The position numbers and the translations under genes are program-made. 50,866 bases of DNA from the IMG/VR virus record IMGVR_UViG_3300021057_000014, positions 1 through 50,866 of that record. One strand, written 5' to 3'. This DNA is from a virus. Taxonomy: Duplodnaviria > Caudoviricetes. Positions 35,525 through 44,311 of the stretch are shown here, piece after piece (positions within the stretch are counted from its first letter, which is position 1; every line of letters begins with the position of its first letter). Below the pieces are notes generated by a model. It worked only from the letters and a program-made list of their open reading frames with translations, ran no database searches and was not told the DNA's origin.

Positions 35525-36293
35525 CTCTTCTCCTCACAAACTCGGCGTCGTCCTGCTTCTCCCTGCTCGGGCAGAACGGGTCGATGAATTCCCAGATCTT
35601 CTTGCCCCCGCACGAGGCCGCGCTCATGGAAGCCTCGTCGATGGCCCGGAGGGAGGCTCCACGGGCGACAGCGGCTCTGATGTGGGCCTCCCCGCGCTCC
35701 AGGCTGATCGGACATCCCCCGTTCCGGTTGAACTGGGTGACGATCCGAGCTTCCGGGGTCAGGCCGGGAAGGATAGGGGCTTTTTCCACCGGCGCGGGCG
35801 CGCCTTCTTCCCCTTCTTCTCTTTCTTCTAATTCTTCTCTTTCTTGTTTGTTGTTAGGTGCCTGTTGGGTTGCTGTTAGGCTCCTGTTGGGTGCCTGTTG
35901 GTTGCCTGTTAGATTTCGTGTTAGGTCGGAGGCTCTGGAATCGCTGTAATTCGCTAAGTTCTGGTAGAAGTCGTACTTAGGAATGGTATAGAGCGTGTAG
36001 TGCCCTGTTGGCTTTCGTGTTAGAAATCCGACTTTTTCCAGATGCTTTACGGAAGTACGCGTTTTTTGGAGCGATAAACCGCAAGCCTCTGCAAAGTCCT
36101 CCCAGGACCGGACGAACTGGCCGCGCTCAATCACCATGTCCTTTGTGCCGTCAAACCACTTCTTCGGCTGCCAGTTCGCAAGGCAGATGCACGTCATGGC
36201 GACCACCCGGTCCTCGGCCCGCATGGTCCAAAGGCTGCTGTTGAGGACCGCCCGAGCCACCAGGACCGCACCATCAGGAATTTCGGCTGCCAT
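35502..36293 (-). CDS. Replication initiator (lambda O-like)
   Basis: N-terminal wHTH (IERGQF..S...A..GLS...R..V..LEK.GFL); internal iterons; upstream of dnaB. Confidence 0.8.
   Translation of the reverse strand: MAAEIPDGAVLVARAVLNSSLWTMRAEDRVVAMTCICLANWQPKKWFDGTKDMVIERGQFVRSWEDFAEACGLSLQKTRTSVKHLEKVGFLTRKPTGHYTLYTIPKYDFYQNLANYSDSRASDLTRNLTGNQQAPNRSLTATQQAPNNKQEREELEEREEGEEGAPAPVEKAPILPGLTPEARIVTQFNRNGGCPISLERGEAHIRAAVARGASLRAIDEASMSAASCGGKKIWEFIDPFCPSREKQDDAEFVRRRDAAIPKI
35852..35925. repeat. Origin iterons (TGTTAG/TGTTGG core, ~11-bp period) next to a pyrimidine-rich AT tract
   Basis: About 7 copies of TGTTRG in 35852-35925; CT-rich run at 35806-35850. Confidence 0.75.
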
Positions 36294-36816
36294 AGACCCC
36301 CCTCCCTACTCGTCCAGCCGCGCAGATCGCTATCGCCAGGGCGTCGGCCTCGTCCTCGGCGGGCATGAGTTCCATCCCGAACCACACCCGCATTCGGACT
36401 CGGACCTCGCCCTTGTCGGCGTTGCCCTTGAGGCCAATGGCTTTCTTCGCCTCGCTGGGCGCGACCTCAATGACCGGTCGGCCAGCTCGTGCGGCCCCCG
36501 CCATCGCGGCCCCCCGGCTCTCGGCGATGACGAGCGAGGTCTGCCAGCCTCGGCCCACAAAGCCGCTCTCTACAGCGACCGCGTGCGGCTTGTGCCGGGT
36601 AATGGTCTCGTGGATGGTGTTGTCTACGTGAGCGAGTCTCGCTGGCTTGTCCCGGCCTCGCAGGAAAATGGTCTCGCTCCAGACCCGCTCCATGCGGCTG
36701 CCAAAATCGTCTATGAGCGCGATCCCGATTTTCTTACTTCCCGGATCAATCGCCATGATCCGACGGACACGCCCTGGTACTTCCTCCAACTCCCTATCAT
36801 GTTGGCTGACGTACAT
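36274..36816 (-). CDS. ruvC: Holliday junction resolvase
   Basis: AIDPGS, VAVES, ESRG and DEADALAIA motifs. Confidence 0.92.
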   Translation of the reverse strand: MYVSQHDRELEEVPGRVRRIMAIDPGSKKIGIALIDDFGSRMERVWSETIFLRGRDKPARLAHVDNTIHETITRHKPHAVAVESGFVGRGWQTSLVIAESRGAAMAGAARAGRPVIEVAPSEAKKAIGLKGNADKGEVRVRMRVWFGMELMPAEDEADALAIAICAAGRVGRGVYGSRNS

Positions 36817-36913
36817 GGTCCCCCGGTCTCCCGGTCTCCTCTTACCCGTCCCTCTTTCCATCCCGCGAGGGGGCTCCTGAGCCTTTGCGGCCCCGAGCCC
36901 CCTCGCACGCTGC

Positions 36914-37834
36914 CTAGGCTTTCGCGGTTACTTCCTGAATGTTGAGCAGGTCGTAGTAACCCTTCGCGTTTTGCTCGTAGGTCACATAGGCTTGCTTGCC
37001 CTTGAGCGACTCGGCCAGCGCGCCGTGGTTCGCGTCGAACGTGTTGAGCCACTGCTCCTCGCCACCCGCGAACCGCACCTTCACGCCGTAGCGCGTCCAG
37101 GTCTTGCCGTTCTTCTCGCCGGACTTCTCCGACACCGCCATGATGGTCGCTACTTCGAGCGTTCCCTCCGGCTCGTCGGCGGGGTCCTGGGAATCGTTGC
37201 TGACGGTGGTCGGCTCCTGGGGAGCCGGGATCGGGGTCTTCTTCATCTTCTTGGGCGCGGGAGCAGGAGCCGGGGCGGCATCGATGCCGTCCATCTCCTC
37301 GGCGGGGGTCGGCGCAAAGCCCGCCAGCACCATCACCCAGGCGTGACGGAGGCGCATCGCTTTCGCAATCGCGCGGGTCTGAGCCATCGAAGCGCGCGCG
37401 TAGAACGGACGATTACGCCAGTTCGGCTCGTCGGTGCTGACGTAGGCGTCGGCCTCGCTGACGACCTGTTTCTTGGCGTCCGTGATCCAGGCGCGCGCGT
37501 GAATGAGTTCGTTGCCGTCCGCGTCCCGCGTCACGTCCTCGATGCGCGTGTGCGGCTGCTCATTCTGCACGCGGGAGATCGTGAGCCATCCCTCGACGAA
37601 GACGTGCGCTTTGTCGCTCGCCCCGAACCGCCGGGACAAGCCCTTCTCCTCGATGATCCGCGCGACCGAGGTCGCCAGGGCCGACGCCGCCGAGAGGCTC
37701 TGGTGCTGCTCTGCGGGTGAGACAATCACGCCCCCCGGCGGGGCATCGGCCACGATCATCGTCGTGGGTTCATTTCCGTTCGCCTTCTTCTCCTCGTCCA
37801 ACGCTTGCTTCAACACGCCCAGGGTTGCGTCCAT
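36914..37834 (-). CDS. Single-strand annealing/recombination protein with C-terminal OB-like domain
   Basis: HVFVEGW and ASMAQTRAIAKAMR..TPAEEM motifs; AGGAG SD. Confidence 0.7.
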   Translation of the reverse strand: MDATLGVLKQALDEEKKANGNEPTTMIVADAPPGGVIVSPAEQHQSLSAASALATSVARIIEEKGLSRRFGASDKAHVFVEGWLTISRVQNEQPHTRIEDVTRDADGNELIHARAWITDAKKQVVSEADAYVSTDEPNWRNRPFYARASMAQTRAIAKAMRLRHAWVMVLAGFAPTPAEEMDGIDAAPAPAPAPKKMKKTPIPAPQEPTTVSNDSQDPADEPEGTLEVATIMAVSEKSGEKNGKTWTRYGVKVRFAGGEEQWLNTFDANHGALAESLKGKQAYVTYEQNAKGYYDLLNIQEVTAKA

Positions 37835-37972
37835 TTGCTTTCTCCTTTCATTCAAATTTATGGGGCCGCTCCCGCTCGGCCCCGCCCCACCCCAGCTAGA
37901 GAGAGGGGAAATTTACTGGCCCGGGGGGCCGCCCGTGCGGGCGAACCCCCCAGACGTGGGAGGAACACAAGG

Positions 37973-38176
37973 TCATGGTTGGTCGTACTCCGTTTCGTGG
38001 CGCGCCGCCTTGCGGTCGTCGGCCTCCGCGCAGTCGAGGCACTCGCACAGGCAGTAGCCGTAGGCGTCGGTTCCCGTGCGGCAATCCGTCGTGAGACAAT
38101 GCTCGCGGCACTCGCGCTCTGCGGGCGGGTCGATCTGCGGCTCAAGGCCGCTTGGATTCCAAGGCGTCCAGGTCAT
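37973..38176 (-). CDS. Small Cys-rich hypothetical protein
   Basis: GGAGG SD; overlaps the upstream stop. Confidence 0.55.
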   Translation of the reverse strand: MTWTPWNPSGLEPQIDPPAERECREHCLTTDCRTGTDAYGYCLCECLDCAEADDRKAARHETEYDQP

Positions 38177-38388
38177 CGGGACACCTCCCGCGCCTTGAGC
38201 ATGGCGTCGGCGTAGCGGTATGCCTCGACAGCCGCCTTCTCCGGCCCGAACGCCATCGCCGCGACGTTTAACGCCTTTGCCGCGAAGTAGTCGCGGAGAG
38301 TGAGGTTGCCCTTGTCCCATTCCGTCGTCCCGTCGTCGTGGACGTAGCTGGGCTGAGGGAACGCAGATCCGCCGGTCGCATTGTTCAT
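38173..38388 (-). CDS. Conserved phage hypothetical protein (LTLRDYFAAKA family)
   Basis: GGSAFP...LRDYFAAKA...AY.YADAMLKAR. Confidence 0.8.
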   Translation of the reverse strand: MNNATGGSAFPQPSYVHDDGTTEWDKGNLTLRDYFAAKALNVAAMAFGPEKAAVEAYRYADAMLKAREVSR

Positions 38389-38552
38389 TTAAGCACCTCC
38401 TTCGCGGCATCCAGGACGGTGATTGCGTAGAGCTTCGCCTCAAGCGGATCGACGGCGGGATCTTGGTATTTCTCAATGGCCGTCACGAGATCCCGGCAAG
38501 CCTTTCTAAGGAGGGCGATCTCGGCAACGAGAAGGTCGGTTTGCAGCCCCAT
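38385..38552 (-). CDS. Hypothetical protein
   Basis: GGAGG SD; coupled. Confidence 0.6.
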   Translation of the reverse strand: MGLQTDLLVAEIALLRKACRDLVTAIEKYQDPAVDPLEAKLYAITVLDAAKEVLK

Positions 38553-38553
38553 G

Positions 38554-38841
38554 CTACACCTCCTCATCCTGGCTCGGGTCGTACTGCTTCCCGTAGGGGA
38601 GTTGGAGCGAAGGGGGGCGGGGTCCGACCCCGTAGATGAAGTCGCGGACCTGCTGGGAGTAGATTTCTGCCTGACGGCAGCCGACGCAGATGACGTCAAT
38701 CACCGCCGCCGTAGCGTTGGGGTCCGCAAACCGGACCTGGGCGATGACCTTCTTGCAGTCCCGGCAACGGAGGAAAACATCCCCGTCCCGAGGGTCACAG
38801 GGCATCCGCCCGTGACAAGGACAACCGCTCTCGTATTGCAC
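38554..38841 (-). CDS. Zn-ribbon protein (CRDC...CVGC)
   Basis: GGAGGAG SD; first gene after the structured leader. Confidence 0.6.
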   Translation of the reverse strand: MQYESGCPCHGRMPCDPRDGDVFLRCRDCKKVIAQVRFADPNATAAVIDVICVGCRQAEIYSQQVRDFIYGVGPRPPSLQLPYGKQYDPSQDEEV

Positions 38842-38854
38842 CGCGCTCCTCCCA

Positions 38855-39075
38855 CAGCGCGCGCGCGTTATACCGGCCAGTCGTTACAACGACCGGCCAC
38901 CGCTACCAGCGCAAACGGGATTGCACCGGGTTGCGGAAGTATTACGCCGAGCGCGCGCCAAAAATGAGAACCCCGTAAGCCGCGCCGAGCCCCATTAAAG
39001 GCAGGTTGTGGACAAGCTCCAACGGGACAGCGGCGCGGCTTGCGGCGTTCGTTTCGTTCGTGAGCTTGTCCACGC
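38855..39075 (-). ncRNA. Structured 5' leader / possible attenuator or regulatory RNA
   Basis: 12-bp IR (39008-19/39062-73), interlocking 11-bp IR (38977-87/39031-41) and a hairpin at 38875-98. Confidence 0.45.
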
Positions 39076-39079
39076 CCTT

Positions 39080-39107
39080 AGTATAGCTCGGGTCGGTGTA
39101 AAGTCAA
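39080..39107 (-). promoter_or_regulatory. Promoter TTGACT-16-TATACT for the recombination/replication operon
   Basis: Read directly from the sequence; T-rich UP-like element upstream. Confidence 0.75.
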
Positions 39108-39134
39108 GCGCAAAATAAAAAAATGCGGGAGGCT

Positions 39135-39332
39135 CTATTTCATCCGCTTGGCCGCCTCCCTGAGCAGTTCCAGCGCGTGCCGCGCCTCTGCGTAGTGCGC
39201 TCTCTTTTTGCACGTCTCGGAGCAGTACCTTCCCCATTTACGCGCGCTCTCGAAGACCTTCCCGCACGACCCGCATTCCTTTTCCTCCACATTAGGACGA
39301 TACCGCTGACGACGGCTCTTCCTCTTGGTCAT
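39135..39332 (-). CDS. Small Zn-finger protein (third CGNR-like paralogue), divergent from the recombinase
   Basis: CGSCGKVF...RYCSETCKKRA; GGAGG SD. Confidence 0.7.
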   Translation of the reverse strand: MTKRKSRRQRYRPNVEEKECGSCGKVFESARKWGRYCSETCKKRAHYAEARHALELLREAAKRMK

Positions 39333-39496
39333 AGATCCTACCCCTCCACGAGTGACGAGGAAGTATAACACAAAAAGAACCGGGTGACGCGCATTTTTGT
39401 ATTCGGTGTTTTTCCGAGACACCCCTTGACAGATTTACAAAATTCGGGTAAGACGCATTTCAGAAGAACCGGGGGATGAATAGGGAGAACTGCTGC

Positions 39497-40399
39497 ATGG
39501 ACTCTACCCCGGATGTCAACGCGAAGTTCTACAAGACCTCGACGGAGTTCCTCCTCCACCTGGGGGCGCGCGGGTACTCCAGCGAGACCCTCAGCGGCTA
39601 CCAGTGCGACTTGAGGGAGTTCGGGCGCTACCTGATGGCCCAAGCGACCCCCTTCGATTCCCTCACGGAGCCGGATGTCAACGGCTGGCTCGCCAACATG
39701 AAGGCCGCCAAGATGAGCGCGCGAACCGTCGTCCGGCACGTCGCGTGCGTCAGAAGCTATTACCGATGGGCGGTCAAGAACGGCGTTGTGAAGTCTAACC
39801 CTATGGACTTCATCGAGCGCATCAAGACCCCGAAGCGGCTCCCGAACTTCCTCAACGAGGAGGAAGTTACCCGCCTCATCGCCAGCGCCGAGTCTCGACG
39901 GGATCGGGCCGTCCTGGAACTCCTCTATGCTACCGGCTGCCGGGTGAGCGAGATCGCGGGCCTCAACGTGTCCGACGTCGGAGCCCCCAGCAAGGTCGTC
40001 CGCGTCGTGGGCAAGGGGAACAAGGAGCGCGTCATTCCCTGCAACGACGCCGCCATTGACGCGATCCGCGCCTACCTCCCGGATCGGATGCGGGTTCTGA
40101 ACGCCACCGGACGGCTGAACGAGCGCGCCCTTTTCGTCAACAAGTACGGGTCTCGGCTCAACAGCGAGGTCATCCAGCAGACGGTCTCAAAGGCGGTGGG
40201 CCGGTCCGGGATCGTGAAGCGTGTTACCCCGCACGTCCTCCGTCACACGATGGCAACGCACCTCCTGGAGCATGGGGCAGATATTCGGATCGTGCAGGAA
40301 ATGCTCGGCCACGAGAACGTCGCAACCACGATGTTGTACACGCACGTCACCCCGCAACGGCTCATGACGGAGTATGCCAAGGCCCACCCTCGGGCGTAG
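39497..40399 (+). CDS. Tyrosine recombinase/integrase, XerC/XerD-like
   Basis: ELLYATGCRVSE, GKGNKER, HVLRH, LGH and YTH catalytic residues. Confidence 0.95.
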   Translation: MDSTPDVNAKFYKTSTEFLLHLGARGYSSETLSGYQCDLREFGRYLMAQATPFDSLTEPDVNGWLANMKAAKMSARTVVRHVACVRSYYRWAVKNGVVKSNPMDFIERIKTPKRLPNFLNEEEVTRLIASAESRRDRAVLELLYATGCRVSEIAGLNVSDVGAPSKVVRVVGKGNKERVIPCNDAAIDAIRAYLPDRMRVLNATGRLNERALFVNKYGSRLNSEVIQQTVSKAVGRSGIVKRVTPHVLRHTMATHLLEHGADIRIVQEMLGHENVATTMLYTHVTPQRLMTEYAKAHPRA

Positions 40400-40467
40400 T
40401 ATTTTCACGGTCGAGGGTTGCTGAATTTTGAACAGCGCGTATACTTGGGACGAAAGCGAGGGAGAAG

Positions 40468-41289
40468 ATGAACGCGAACATGACTTGCCCTGCGTGCCAG
40501 GGGGCGCACATGACCGGCCCGTGCCCCCAGTGCGGGAACGGCGCGCCGCCTCCCGCTCCTCCCCCGCCGCCCGCCGTTCCGCCTCCTCAAGTTGCCGTTC
40601 ACGTCCAGGCCCCCAAGCCTCCCCGGTCTCGCCTACCTATTATTCAGAAGTCCGGGGGTATGGGCTGGGTGGCATTCGGGCTCATCGGCGCGGCGGTCGT
40701 TGTCCTCGTCGGGGTCGTCTGGTACATGGAGCATAGCCGTTCCCAGAAGGTCGCTGCCGCGAACGCCGAGGCTGCCCGCGCGCGGGAGGAAGCCGCCGCC
40801 ACCATCAAAGCTTACGAGGCGCGTTTCAACGAGATGGACGCCGAAGGCGCGAAGCTCCGGGTCCAGCTCGGCGAGGCCCTAGAGGGGAACCGCCGCTTCG
40901 CCGCTCAAGCGGAGACGTTGAGCCGGGAAGTCGAGTCGCTCGTCCGGGATAAGGCCGCTGAACAGGCCAACGCCGAGCGGTACAAGGCGCGGGTCGAGGA
41001 GCTGGAGGCGAACGCCGGGAACGTCGCCAAGAACGCCTCGGACGCTATGCGGTTCGAGCGGGACGCCGCCCTCATCTCCGCGAAGAACCTCGCCGTCGAG
41101 AACGAGACGTTGAAGAAGGTGCGTCTAACGATCCACCTGAAAAGCGGAGGGCAACTCTCCGGGCTCGCGCTCATGGACGAAGGGACATCCTACCGGATCT
41201 TCCTCGCCACGGGCGGGGAGACCTCCATTAAAAAGGACATGGTGGAGAAGATCGACTTCCCCAAGCACCAGAAGGCCACCGCGAAATAA
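40468..41289 (+). CDS. Membrane protein with Zn ribbon, Pro-rich linker, TM, coiled coil and small beta domain (moron-like)
   Basis: CPAC..CPQC, one TM helix, heptad region, C-terminal TIHLKSG..LSG motif. Confidence 0.7.
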   Translation: MNANMTCPACQGAHMTGPCPQCGNGAPPPAPPPPPAVPPPQVAVHVQAPKPPRSRLPIIQKSGGMGWVAFGLIGAAVVVLVGVVWYMEHSRSQKVAAANAEAARAREEAAATIKAYEARFNEMDAEGAKLRVQLGEALEGNRRFAAQAETLSREVESLVRDKAAEQANAERYKARVEELEANAGNVAKNASDAMRFERDAALISAKNLAVENETLKKVRLTIHLKSGGQLSGLALMDEGTSYRIFLATGGETSIKKDMVEKIDFPKHQKATAK

Positions 41290-41479
41290 AAAAGGCCCCG
41301 ACCCGGTGGGAATGCCGTGAAGCACTCCCACGCCATCGCAATAATAGCGATGGTGCGCCACAGGTCGGGGCCGTGTGAAGGGAGAAGATTTCCCCGCCGA
41401 ACGGGTACTACGACCCGAATCGCCTGACCGTCAGAGAGGGGGGTCTCCCAATCCTGAACAATGGGAAGGCCCGGCGGGG
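41288..41479. ncRNA. Two adjacent multi-stem structures ending in a U tract (minus strand); structured terminator or ncRNA
   Basis: GGCCCCGACC/GGTCGGGGCC encloses two hairpins; CCCCGCCG/CGGCGGGG encloses two to three hairpins. Confidence 0.45.
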
Positions 41480-41488
41480 ACTAATTGT

Positions 41489-41755
41489 TTATGGCTTTTT
41501 CTTGTCCTTCATGAACGAGTTCACGCTGGCAAACGTCCCCGCCGCAGCAAGGCCGATCTCCAGCCCCGAGCCCACCGTCGCACCAATCGTCGCTTCCGGG
41601 CGATAGCTGAAGGCGTAGAAGACCCCGAGCGCCATCGCCACGAGGGGGAGGTACTTGTGGCCCGTCTCCGGGAGGAACCGCTTCACCCACTGGACGAGGC
41701 CGACGACGCTCGGGACCGCCCCGCCGCTCAAGACCTCTTGCATATCAATGTTCAT
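41489..41755 (-). CDS. Holin-like protein
   Basis: 88 aa; VVGLVQWVK..KYLPLVAMALG..G...GLAAAG pattern; basic tail. Confidence 0.7.
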   Translation of the reverse strand: MNIDMQEVLSGGAVPSVVGLVQWVKRFLPETGHKYLPLVAMALGVFYAFSYRPEATIGATVGSGLEIGLAAAGTFASVNSFMKDKKKP

Positions 41756-42093
41756 GCCATCACCGCTTTCTGCTGCTTCTTGCCCCCGAAGAAGAGCCCC
41801 GCTATCGCCAGGAGGGCCATCACGCCTCCCGCGACGTTGCCGGTAGCGAAGTTGATCCCTGCGCTCGTGGCCGCTTCCAGGGCCTTCTTCCGCTCCTCGG
41901 CCACCTCCGCCGCCACCTCGGTCTCTGCCTCCTCGTAGAGCGCCGCGCGGATCTCGTCCGTCGGCGTCTCGCCGGGATGCTTGAGCTTCCACGCCGCGAG
42001 CTTCTCCGAGAAGCGACTGTTGATCCGTTGGGTGGACGCGCAGCCCACCACGACGGACAACGCCAGAATGACCACTACTGCCAGATGCCTCAT
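41752..42093 (-). CDS. Putative lipoprotein with C-terminal hydrophobic segment (spanin-like?)
   Basis: Lipobox VVGC; C-terminal TM followed by basic residues. Confidence 0.55.
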   Translation of the reverse strand: MRHLAVVVILALSVVVGCASTQRINSRFSEKLAAWKLKHPGETPTDEIRAALYEEAETEVAAEVAEERKKALEAATSAGINFATGNVAGGVMALLAIAGLFFGGKKQQKAVMA

Positions 42094-42104
42094 TCCCAGC
42101 CCTC

Positions 42105-42458
42105 CTATCGTTTGATTTCCCGCTTGATCCACTCGACGTCGCTCTTAAGGGACCGCTGCTCCAGCAGCAGCTCGTTCTGCGCCTTGATCGTCTGAGCCTG
42201 GGTGGCCTTCATCTCGACGACCGCCTCGTGGATGTGGCGCATGGAGGAGTCAATATCCCGGAGGTGCCCGTTTTGCTCGCGCCTCCAGCCGATGAACTCC
42301 CCCTCCTGCCGCTTGAGTCCGGCCTCGGTGTTCTCCAGACGCTCCTTGTACGTGCTGCCAACGAGGCCCGTCACCCCGATGAGCCCCACGAGCAAGACCC
42401 AAATCACTTGTCGCGGATGGATCTTCCGCCAAATCCCGCTCATGCCGTCGTCGCCCAT
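42105..42458 (-). CDS. TM + coiled-coil protein (lysis-region-like)
   Basis: One TM helix followed by heptads. Confidence 0.6.
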   Translation of the reverse strand: MGDDGMSGIWRKIHPRQVIWVLLVGLIGVTGLVGSTYKERLENTEAGLKRQEGEFIGWRREQNGHLRDIDSSMRHIHEAVVEMKATQAQTIKAQNELLLEQRSLKSDVEWIKREIKR

Positions 42459-42468
42459 GTCTTCCCCT

Positions 42469-42891
42469 CTACAGGTCCACGAGGTCGTTGAGCGCCGTCC
42501 GGCCCTTGATCTCGGCGTAGATCCGGCCCGCTACCGTCTGCTGGTAGACCACGCGGCAATACTGCGCGCGCGCCACGTAGATCGGCGTCGTGTAGCTCCG
42601 GTGGTAGTTCGCGCTCCCTTCGAGGAGGATCTGCGCGATAGTCGTCCAGGTGGAGTTATCCGTGGACTTCTGGAGCGAGATGACCGTCCCCGAACTTCCC
42701 ACCGCCGTTCCCGCCGCGAAGTCCGTGATGGCAATGACGTTCCCCTGGTTCTGCGCGCTCGGGTCCGTGATGTCGGCAGCCTGGAAGGATGAAATCAAGA
42801 CCGTATCCGCCGAGGTGCTGCCCGTGGCCGAGGAGCCGAGCTTGTCCAGACGTCCGGGCCAGGAGATCCCCGCAGGAATGGCAATCGCCAT
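42469..42891 (-). CDS. Putative virion protein
   Basis: 140 aa, beta-rich; AAGGA SD. Confidence 0.6.
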   Translation of the reverse strand: MAIAIPAGISWPGRLDKLGSSATGSTSADTVLISSFQAADITDPSAQNQGNVIAITDFAAGTAVGSSGTVISLQKSTDNSTWTTIAQILLEGSANYHRSYTTPIYVARAQYCRVVYQQTVAGRIYAEIKGRTALNDLVDL

Positions 42892-42906
42892 GTCAGTATC
42901 CTTTCA

Positions 42907-43119
42907 TCAGAGAGGTACGAGAACAGGTTCCGCCGTCGTGACCCAGGTCCCGTCCTGGGTCTGGACCATCGACGGCTTGGCATAAATCCGACAGTTGTAC
43001 TTCTTCAAGACCTCGGTGATCTCCTGGGTACACGCTTCCCAGCGCCGCTTGGCGTCTGCCTCCCGCGCTTGCCGGGCGAGTTCCTCCAGCTCCTCCGGGG
43101 TCTTCTGCTCGTCGCTCAT
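42907..43119 (-). CDS. Hypothetical protein (fibre chaperone-like position)
   Basis: 70 aa; GGAGG SD. Confidence 0.6.
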   Translation of the reverse strand: MSDEQKTPEELEELARQAREADAKRRWEACTQEITEVLKKYNCRIYAKPSMVQTQDGTWVTTAEPVLVPL

Positions 43120-43130
43120 TCTTCTCCCTC

Positions 43131-44309
43131 CTAGAAAGCCACCGTGGTCAAGCTCGCGTTCCGCTGGACGGTCGTAGCGTTCACCGCATCCGCGGTGTCC
43201 TGCGCCCACTCCAGGCGGAACGTCCCCGCCGTCGAGGTCTCGATCGTCCCCTCGATCTCCGCGACGTTCGTTCCTCCGAGCGCGCCGGAGGTCACCGCCG
43301 AGCTGAGGGCCGTCACGCGGTCCCACGCGACGTAGGCGTTCGTCGAGAGGTCCGCGATCTTGATATCCGCCTTGAGCGAGGTCACGCCCACCGTTCCGTT
43401 GAGGGCCAAGCGAATGCCCGCCGTCCCCGCCGTCGTCCAGGGAATCCAGAATCGGAATTGATAGTTGGTGCTGGCGGCCAGGGTCAGCGTCAGATGGTTG
43501 TCGGCCTGGAGTGTGGTCGAGTTCGTGACGGACTCGTTGGCCGTCTTGTAGGCGTTCAGCTCCCCGATGTCGCTCGTGAGGGCGACGGTTCCGTCCTGGT
43601 CGGGGAACGTATACGTCCGATCCGCCGTGTTCGTGTGATGGAGCGTCCCCCAGAAACTCACCGCCGACTTGAAGGCGAGATCCCCGTCAGACGTGAACTT
43701 GACCTTATCGAACGCCTCGGCGATGTCGTGGGAGCGGAAGACGAGATCCCAGGTGGTCGTATCGATCCCCCAGGAGTAGCCCTGGGCCACGCCGCCGTTC
43801 GTGAGTTCCGGCGTCCCCGCCCCGAAGTAGACGCCCGGCCCCGCCACGAAATAGCACGTCGATTTCGTGATGCCCGGAGGGGCGAAGGTCGTCGCGTAGT
43901 CCTCCATGCCCACCTCGGGCGGGAGCATGATGAGCCCGCCCTTTGCCGTCCCGCCCCGGTACTTCGCGGTCGGAGGCGTCTGGGTGTAGCTCCAGCCGGG
44001 ACCGGGGTTCCCCGCCGAACTGTAGGCGACGACGCCCCCGCTCGTCCCCTGCGCCCCGTAGCTCTCCAGGCGGATGACGACGGGCGTTTCCGCGTCGTGC
44101 TTCTTCTGCACCCCAGGCGGGAGGAACGGAGCATTCCGGAGGTCCATGTCCCCCTGGTTGAAGTGCTGCGGGCGGAAGATGAGCCCCGGCGTGGCGAATT
44201 CCATCGTTCCCGCCGCGAACGCCTTCCGCTCCCCCTTGGCGGTCGGGTGGATGATTCCCGGCTTAGGCTGGGCCAGGACCGGAGGACGAGTCGGGCGTCG
44301 ATGCGGCAT
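43131..44309 (-). CDS. Putative tail fibre/receptor-binding protein
   Basis: TADRTYTFPD..GTVALTSD fibre motif; C-terminal beta-sandwich-like region. Confidence 0.65.
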   Translation of the reverse strand: MPHRRPTRPPVLAQPKPGIIHPTAKGERKAFAAGTMEFATPGLIFRPQHFNQGDMDLRNAPFLPPGVQKKHDAETPVVIRLESYGAQGTSGGVVAYSSAGNPGPGWSYTQTPPTAKYRGGTAKGGLIMLPPEVGMEDYATTFAPPGITKSTCYFVAGPGVYFGAGTPELTNGGVAQGYSWGIDTTTWDLVFRSHDIAEAFDKVKFTSDGDLAFKSAVSFWGTLHHTNTADRTYTFPDQDGTVALTSDIGELNAYKTANESVTNSTTLQADNHLTLTLAASTNYQFRFWIPWTTAGTAGIRLALNGTVGVTSLKADIKIADLSTNAYVAWDRVTALSSAVTSGALGGTNVAEIEGTIETSTAGTFRLEWAQDTADAVNATTVQRNASLTTVAF

Positions 44310-44311
44310 GG

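Noticed and set aside
35852-35925. Possible self-target of array block 10 (triplet reading begins CCTGTTAGG, resembling the iterons)
   Set aside because: The match is only 8 nt and does not extend; this is expected by chance.
41294-41372. Possible tRNA
   Set aside because: No T-loop GTTC, D-loop or CCA arrangement.
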